The notes beneath the pieces were generated by a model. The model did not search any database. It had not been told where the DNA came from and worked only from the letters and a program-made list of their open reading frames with translations. Both the position numbers and the translations under genes were made by a program. A stretch of DNA of 42,919 nt from Nemertoderma westbladi (taxonomy: Eukaryota; Animalia; Xenacoelomorpha): assembly GCA_032718475.1 (NCBI GenBank), contig JAUCBJ010000299.1:1-42919 (forward strand), given 5' to 3'. Positions 34,441 to 42,919 of this stretch are shown piece by piece. Positions within the stretch are counted from its first letter, which is position 1. Each line of letters opens with the position of its first letter.

Positions 34441-35390
34441 TACCCTGTTATTATAGAGGAGTCATTATTGTCTATGATTGTACAAGCTGATACATGGAAG
34501 TTTATGCGGTTCGCGATCAAATTAAGAGGAAGTGACAATTTCAATTTCTAAGTTACGCGAATGAGAGCTGCAACTATGTGATATTCTATAAAGTTTGACG
34601 GTAGATTTGGACTTTAAAACTTTGAGATTTGGAGACGGACAATTCGGACTTTTCTTCGGAATTTTTATAGATTTTTTAAAAATGTGAACATGTTTTATAC
34701 ATAGTTCAGAAACGTTTTCAACATAGTTCAGAACACATTTCAAAATATCTTTAAAACTAGATATTCTTTAAAAAAAGGAAAAAACATAATTTTGGTAAAG
34801 GTCGGAATTGGCCCAGTCCATTTTCACAGAGTCTAGGAGGATCGGTGAGAAAATGGGAATGTGGGAAGATGGGAAAGTGAATGGGAATCATAGCTGTATT
34901 AATCTCGAAATGTGTCGCATAATATGGCATTCAAAGCGGACCATAAGAACCAGTAGGACACTTGATTTATTTTTCACTAAGATGTGAGCATCCCAATCTT
35001 AAACCTCCTGCAACACCGAAAGAGTATGTAGTCCAAACCCGAATGTTAATGTGAATAATTCCAAGAGACGCATTTGGGCGGTTGGTTGACAGAGCGATAA
35101 ATTTATGCCAGTTTGTAAATAAAGTACTCGGATTTATTTTCTTTCGGACTAATACACAATACATCTGGCAATCATTGTTACCATATAAGCAACTTAGTCT
35201 GAAATAGGTCGTACAGACATTCCGACTAGACAGACAGTCAGTCAATAAAATCTGCACTATTCCATTTCTTTATTGTAAATATAAGAACCCTGGAATATTG
35301 CCAATCAATGTATCTAATGACTTCACACTGCAAACATGCTAAACAATAAAAACACATATATTAATTTACTTTCCAACTTGAATTTATACG

Positions 35391-35617
35391 ATACTAGCAG
35401 GCAATACCCGAGGCGGGTTACCCAGTATTTCCCACTACCAGTATAGGCTTACTGGCGTACCGGTACCAGTATAGGCCTACCGGTACCGGTACCGGTACCG
35501 GTACTGAAGTGAATTAAACTTTTCGAAAAGTGGCCTATAACGACCGCTGGTTAAAGTTATACACACATGCCAAGTCCCAGCGCAATCCCTCGGCCCGTTT
35601 TGGAGGAGTTCGAACAC

Positions 35618-35648
<31 letters not shown>

Positions 35649-35672
35649 ATTTGATTTTTATAGGTATAGATT
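35391..35672 (+). mobile_element. Short non-autonomous repeat resembling Helentron-associated (DINE-1/HINE-like) elements
   Basis: Starts ATACTAG..ACCCG, has internal (ACCGGT)n and (GA)n-GACAGACAG microsatellites, and ends TTTTATAGGTATAGAT. Family call is from general pattern only. Confidence 0.4.
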
Positions 35673-36140
35673 ATCAATTTTGCTGTTCTTTGCGTCGATT
35701 TTCCCCTGGAGAGGGATGTATATTGATTGCGTCAAAAGTCCGCTTATGTGCCAAATCAACTCCAATATGATTTCGACATCAGAGAACATTTCAATTGGTA
35801 TAGAATTACAATGGGTCCCTTTATCTAACCTACAGTACCTTGTACTGAAAGATGAGTTTATCTTACACGAGATGGTTTTACTATCTCTTTGACGTTGTTG
35901 GGAACAGCAACACCTCTGTCGATGTTCAGTAATCACCCCGTCAACGACGTACACATGATGATGAACCTGATCTAACTTACAAAATCTTGTGATGTGACGG
36001 CGCATCGTATACCTAGAACCCCGGGATCCCTCCACCATCGACATTAGCCGATGTAATTTTGAAATAATTTCTATTAAAATAATATGGAAATAATCTAATA
36101 ACAGACAACTTTGTCTAGAAATAACTGGAAGTTTATCAAT

Positions 36141-36344
36141 TAAATTATTAAGTAATTAAATAGGACTAAGGATGATCCAACTCTATAGCAAATGGAGCGG
36201 AAAAAATGAAGTTAGTGGTTAGCATACCTGAACGTTTATCGGGAGACGCGGGTTCGATCCCCGCTGGTGGCGAATTCATTTTTTCCGCTCCATTTGCTAT
36301 AGAGTTGGATCATCCTTAGTCCTGTTTAATTACTTATTAATTTA
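36141..36344. repeat. 70-bp inverted repeat enclosing a tRNA-like sequence
   Basis: 36141-36210 is the reverse complement of 36275-36344 (2 mismatches). The loop has TAGTGGTTAGCAT... and a T-arm GCGGG-TTCGATC-CCCGC. Confidence 0.8.
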
Positions 36345-37202
36345 TACAATCTATGGATGTTAAACACATATACTTTATCAATAAAATCTTCAATTTTACT
36401 TGTACATACCATCACACATTACTTTCAGTTTTGGTTATATATAATATATTTTATAATAGTTCCTTATTATGTATTGCATGTACTTAATCTAATAGTAAGC
36501 TTTACTATCACCAATTCTCAGCACGCTGTTGTTCCGAATACCTCCGGCTTATTCCATTCTACAGTACAAACTACTGACTCCGGTGTCTCATATTGTGTTT
36601 CAAGTAGCTAACCTAATTTACTCCCGTGATATTACACCACGACTGCCGCGCATAGAGGCATGCGTTTGCGGGCTATCGCGTGGATACTAGCAATGGCTTC
36701 ATCGGAGGATAAATAATTATATCAGTAAGATATCTGCAGTTAGTAACCCATATAGCTATAAGGCCTAGGTCCACCTAAGTGGCATTGTAAGTAGCTCGTA
36801 CATACATAGGCCACTAATGAAATTGATCCGAGTTAAGTTGGTTCATTTGGCATTCTCTCTCTCACCGTCTCTGTTTGAGGAAATTGTTTGCTGAGTTCGA
36901 ATCTCATTCTAAAAGTTTTCATCACTGTTGATTAAAAGTAGTAGGGGGTTGAGGTTGAAGATGGGATGGATTGGCAGGTGGGATTGTTTGTGGGATTGAA
37001 TAGGGTTTTCGGCTATAGAGGTTACGAGACTGGGTCCCAAATTCAGTCCGTGTATGTATTTTTGGAAGGAAACCTTAATTAAGCCCATGGGAAAATGGAC
37101 GCATAATAAGGATTAGGTTTAAAATAAGATCAGCTTTTATTATATATATACTATGAGTTTGTAATATATAATTTTTTTTCATAATTTTCATTAGAATATA
37201 AG

Positions 37203-37424
37203 GCCCATGCGAAGAATACCAGGTTTTCACCAAAAATACAGGTTACAGAAGGGCTGAATCTAACCAAAACAATAAACAAATTAGTATATGTACAGGTTAT
37301 AAGACAGAAATAAGCGATATAAAACACTTAATAAAGATAAATTAAAAAAATAAAAAATCTTCATATATAAAATTCCAATAAAAAGTCGACCGAAAAGTGA
37401 AATCCTGGTATTCTTCACATGGGC
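37203..37424 (+). mobile_element. MITE family B with 21-bp TIRs
   Basis: GCCCATGCGAAGAATACCAGG ... CCTGGTATTCTTCACATGGGC (1 mismatch); second copy at 18155-18388. Confidence 0.8.
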
Positions 37425-37814
37425 GGAATATAAAATCTTAAAACTATATAAAACCTCCCACGTACAGGATATAAAATTCATGCTATTGGTTTTTCATTTT
37501 CATTGCTTGAAGCTCTGTTAGTATTTTGAGGTGGACGCGTGTCTTATTTCACCCCTGAGTCTTTGGTGTTCTAATTATTTATTACAGGATCTATTGATGT
37601 GGCACTAATTGTAATGTGATACATGAGTTTTACCATATTGAGCTACGGATATGCGATTACTATCAACGTCGCTCAAAATAATCAGTCAGATCGTAATTAC
37701 TTACACATTAGTAGTCTGTGTTTGTTGGGCATGAACACCAACACCGCCTTCGTCTACTGTTTAGAAAATGTTAAGCATTATAATGATCGTAGTTGATTTA
37801 CGATATTTACAATA

Positions 37815-40105
37815 TACATAGATGGGCCTCATACATACATATATGGGCATCATACATACATATATTGGCCTCATACATACATATATGGGCCTCATACATA
37901 CATATATGGGCCTTATACGTACATATATGGGCCTCATACGTACATATATGGGCCTCATACATACATATATGGGCCTCATACATACATATATGGGCCTCAT
38001 ACATACATATATGGGCCTCATACATACATATATGGGCCTCATACATACATATATGGGCCTTATACGTACATATATGGGCCTCATACATACATATATGGGC
38101 CTCATACATACATATATGGGCCTCATACATACAGATATTGGCATCATACATACATATATGGGCCTCATACATACATATATTGGCCTCATACATACATATA
38201 TGGGCCTCATACATACATATATTGGCCTCATACATACATATATGGGCCTCATACATACATATATGTGCCTCATACATACATCTTATACATACATATATGT
38301 GCCTCATACATACATATATGGGCCTCATACATACATATATTGGCCTCATACATACATATATGGGCCTCATACATACATATATTGGCCTCATACATACATA
38401 TATGGGCCTCATAGATACATATATGGGCATCATACATACATATATGGGCATCATACATACATATATGGGCCTCATACATACATATATGGGCCTCATACAT
38501 ACATATATGGGCCTCATACATACATATATGGGCCTCATACATACATATATGGGCCTCATACATACATATATGGGCCTCATACATACATATATTGGCCTCA
38601 TACATACATATATGGGCCTTATACATACATATATGTGCCTCATACATACATATATGGGCCTCATACATACATATATTGGCCTCATACATACATATATGGG
38701 CCTTATACATACATATATGGGCCTCATACATACATATATTGGCCTCATACATACATATATGGGCCTCATACATACATATATGGGCATCATACATACATAT
38801 ATGGGCATCATACATACATATATGGGCCTCATACATACATATATGGGCCTCATACATACATATATGGGCCTCATACATACATATATGGGCCTCATACATA
38901 CATATATGGGCATCATACATACATATATGGGCCTCATACATACATATATGGGCCTCATACATACATATATGGGCCTCATACATACATATATGGGCCTTAT
39001 ACGTACATATATGGGCCTCATACATACATATATGGGCCTCATACATACATATATGGGCCTCATACACACAGATGTTGGCATCATACATACATATATGGGC
39101 CTCATACATACATATATGGGCCTCATACATACAGTTATTGGCATCATACATACATATATGGGCCTCATACATACAGATGTTGGCATCATACATACATATA
39201 TGGGCCTCATACATATATATATGGGCATCATACATACATATATGGGCCTCATACATACAGTTATTGGCATCATACATACATATATGGGCCTCATACATAC
39301 AGATGTTGGCATCATACATACATATATGGGCCTCATACATACATATATGGGCATCATACATACATATATGGGCCTCATACATACATATATGGGCATCATA
39401 CATACATATATGGGCCTCATACATACATATATGGGCCTCATACATACATATATGGGCCTCATACATACATATAAGGGCATCATACATACATATATGGGCC
39501 TCATACATACATATATGGGCCTCATACATACATATATGGGCCTCATACATAGATATATGGGCATCATACATACATATATGGGCCTCATACATACATATAT
39601 GGGCCTCATACATACATATATGGGCCTCATACATACATATATGGGCATCATACATACATATATGGGCATCATACATACATATATTGGCCTCATACATACA
39701 TATATGGGCCTCATACATACATATATGGGCCTCATACATACATATATGGGCCTCATACATACATATATGGGCCTCATACGTACATATATGGGCCTCATAC
39801 ATACATATATGGGCCTCATACGTATATATATGGGCCTCATACATACATATATGGGCCTCATACATACATATATGGGCCTCATACGTACATATATGGGCCT
39901 CATACATACATATATGGGCCTCATACGTACATATATGGGCCTCATACATACATATATGGGCCTCATACATACCTATATGGGCCTCATACGTACATATATG
40001 GGCCTCATACATACATATATGGGCCTCATAAGTACATATATGGGCCTCATACATACATATATGGGCCTCATACATACATATATGGGCCTCATACATACAT
40101 ATATG
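37815..40105. repeat. 21-bp minisatellite (CATACATACATATATGGGCCT), ~109 copies
   Basis: Direct 21-bp periodicity; accounts for all ORFs at 37761-40195. Confidence 0.98.
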
Positions 40106-40325
40106 TGGGGGGGGGGGGGGGGGGGGGCAAATCAAAATTCATCAGTCTCCATCGGAAAATCGATGCAAATAACAGCTGAATACTCCCTAAAATAAAATTG
40201 TAAGCTATTCTATTGATTTTAGTTTATTGTTTTGGTAACCTATTCCTTTCCCATAATTGATAATTGAACATTGAAACGAAATAATGCTTCGCCAAGATGA
40301 AATTTGCATCAAGTTTTCCCCCTTG
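40106..40325 (-). mobile_element. Family A MITE-like repeat, diverged copy abutting the 21-bp array
   Basis: Poly-G followed by AAAATTCATC, CGATGCAAATAACAGCTGA.TACTC, AGTTTATTGTTTTGGT and TTGCATCAAGTTTTCCC, matching the 29.8-kb copy. Confidence 0.6.
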
Positions 40326-42919
40326 ACTATCTTGCTAACTGTGCTTTACCCACTCACGGCCGGCCCTATTGCTATAGTATTTCCAACTATACAGTTGCTG
40401 TTAATCACAGCTCAAGCTCACCCTTATTGATTGTAGTCTCCCAATGAAGGGTATGTATATAATTTACTACAAACGCATATATGCATGTGAAAACGATTTG
40501 TATTAATGCAATAAAATCAAACTCATAAACGAGAGTTTATCAATTGAACTAGTAGAGACTGCAATTAGCTATCTCACTCAAGAATTAAAAGTCATCAACA
40601 ACTACCGGTAAAAGTAAACTAATAAACTAAAACCTCATTAGCAAAACGCATCAAGGGTTATATATTTAGGTATATATACCATTATATGTTCGTGTTGGCA
40701 AGAATACTTCTATCTCAGGGCGTGGTACATATATAATCTCCCAGGTTTTCAACAACGGCAGCTGTCACTACCTAGCGCAATTCAAACCGAAGATAAATTA
40801 TCAACAAATCCGTTAGCATTGACAGTTACCAACCTGGGGAAACAGTTAAATTTATTATGGTGGAGTGACAGACTGTCAGTAGTCATGTGATTACCGGTCA
40901 ATGGGATGCTTCTATGTGTAGGCGCGAGTCAAGCAATGGTTTTTGACGTTAACGCGGCCAGCGTTACCACCCTCGCTCCCCAAACCTATTGCGATTTGGA
41001 TTTTAGCGCAGCGTTCGTTCCCTTGTAAACCTGTCAATCCCATTGTTTGCGCGGATAAAAGAACCCGCATACAATTGACACCTGGCGTAATTGAAAATTG
41101 TTGTTAATAACCACATTTGGTTTGACGGGCTGATAAGCCCAGACTTGATGAATCTCGACTTATCATCTTTTAATTTGTAAAGAAATTCGCCTTAATGCAT
41201 AAAGGCCTGTAATATATGAATTAGCTAACTGTTATTATTAAATAGTCTCAACTTTCACCACCTACATTCATTCACTTCATATCGAGTAATTATTTAATGA
41301 ATTAACTAACATTATCGCGATCTGAAATCGCTTCAATTCATTATCTTAAACTCGTTCAAACCAAAAACACAGAGCTGTTGTTTATGTTACCTTCAGGTCG
41401 AATCCCGCAATAAGGAAATGTTTTGCTCTGTTATCTCTTCTAAATCGTAAATCAACTTTAATCATAAATTTTTCAAAGCCTTACCATTCCCTTAATAACG
41501 ATTTCTGCGTCAGTTGTTATAATTAGAAAGCGATCAACTAAAGTGTAACTGTGCTATTTTATCTCGTTTATTGTTTTGGTTACAATGACTTCGTTGTACT
41601 GCAGTCTGTTGATCGTGATATTCGAAACCCACCGAGTGAATTCTATGTAACTTTTGAACTTTCTCAACTAAAACGCATACCAAATGACTGACAAACAGAA
41701 ATAGAAAATAACAATACTGATTAGGCTCAGTTTTTTACTTCATTGTGCATAATATGCTAAGGCGCATACTTCGTGGCTAGCCCCGCCATAATAATAACAT
41801 ATGTGTCATCACAATTCCCTATCATATAGTCATAAGAATTTTGATAATTGTTATAATTATGAATAATGAATTGTGATGATTGAATGTATTAATGAATAAT
41901 AGAGTATTTGGTAAAACCTTTTATGAGTTATATTACTCATATTTCATGTAATTGTCTGATTTACTGAGTGTGTCAGGGGTCATTTGGCCCCGTTTAGGGA
42001 CCCTTAGGGTAAAGTGGAATGTGTTTAGTTCTTAGCTAATCAATGAAACACAAAGCATATGCTTATTGTAGATCGTGAATCCATTAAACTCTTGCGTCTG
42101 ACTATTTTAATAACTTCGGCCTTACGACCTGCGGGATAAATAACTTTTGTGTTGGTTTCGCAGAATTCCGTCTTAGTACGTCAATCACCCATTTATTCCG
42201 CTTGACTTAACCGCAGTGAAATTGACTGCCAACGGCCACTAAAAGGTTTTAAGTAGATGACTGGGCACTGTAGGTGCACAGCCTGAAAGTTGTTTGGTAG
42301 ATGCTTGTTATTGCACAAAAATGAGAATCATCCATCATTCAATCTATCGTTATGGCACGGCATGAGCCGGGCTGGGCACTACTGGGCAGGAATACTTCTA
42401 TAAAATACAATACAATAAATAAATTGTAAAATTCGCAGGAGTTAACAGCAAGTAAAAGCAAGTACTGCAAAGAAAGTGTAAAGGAATCAGTTTGCTTTTC
42501 AACACGGTAGCAGCATTTAGAGCTATTGAACAAGAATAATATTATCGATAAAAAATTCTGCTAGTTTTGCAAGATTGATTCTTTAAATTTCTCAAAATAA
42601 TAACGTAGAAATAGCACACCTTCTTAGTGCAGTTCGTCCGTTTCCATATGATATAACATGCCACCAGTTCCTTCCACCCCCCCCCCCCCCCCCCCGGATT
42701 GCATTGATAGAATAAACATGTTGGGGCACTTCCTTGATAAATGCGAATAAGCTTGCGAAAATCATGCCGTATTATGCGGCGCAATATTGTCGAAAAGCCG
42801 GCACAGCATTCTTAATATATATATATATGTCTAATGCAGTTGCAATGCAGCTTGCCTACAGAAGAAGATCCGTCACCATACCACCAATCAATTAAACCGT
42901 TTTTCGGTTTGTTATTGAG

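Noticed and set aside
34967-35257. LINE endonuclease N-terminus (SLGIIHINIR)
   Set aside because: One short motif only; not enough to extend the LINE call.
37761-40195. Very long ORFs (up to 800 aa; MGLIHTY / MRPIYVC / YEAHICM)
   Set aside because: A 21-bp unit open in most frames on both strands; pure minisatellite translation.

Overview
AT-rich metazoan (probably marine invertebrate) genomic DNA, not prokaryotic. Two protein-coding genes lie in divergent orientation. One is an SH3-domain protein arginine methyltransferase (PRMT2-like, minus strand, uninterrupted CDS 6499-8505) whose linker is expanded by a 30-bp coding minisatellite. The other is a two-exon NET-family zinc-finger repressor (NocA/Elbow/ZNF503/ZNF703-like, plus strand, 22202-22267 + 22794-23951). 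About a quarter of the window is tandem repeat (36-, 30-, 20-, 34- and 21-bp units), and all long repetitive ORFs other than these two genes are artefacts of those arrays. The rest holds tRNA-derived SINEs, MITE-like elements, a decayed RTE-like LINE and long inverted repeats. Main observations: (1) the 36-bp satellite, with a cUUCGg hairpin in nearly every unit, matches one internal segment of a SINE 21 kb away and seems to be amplified from it; (2) two palindromic elements carry degenerate Penelope-type minimal hammerhead motifs; (3) a tRNA-like head sits in the loop of a 70-bp inverted repeat; (4) TCF/LEF and PBX-MEIS motifs cluster around the NET gene. Family assignments come from motif recognition by eye, with no database searches.
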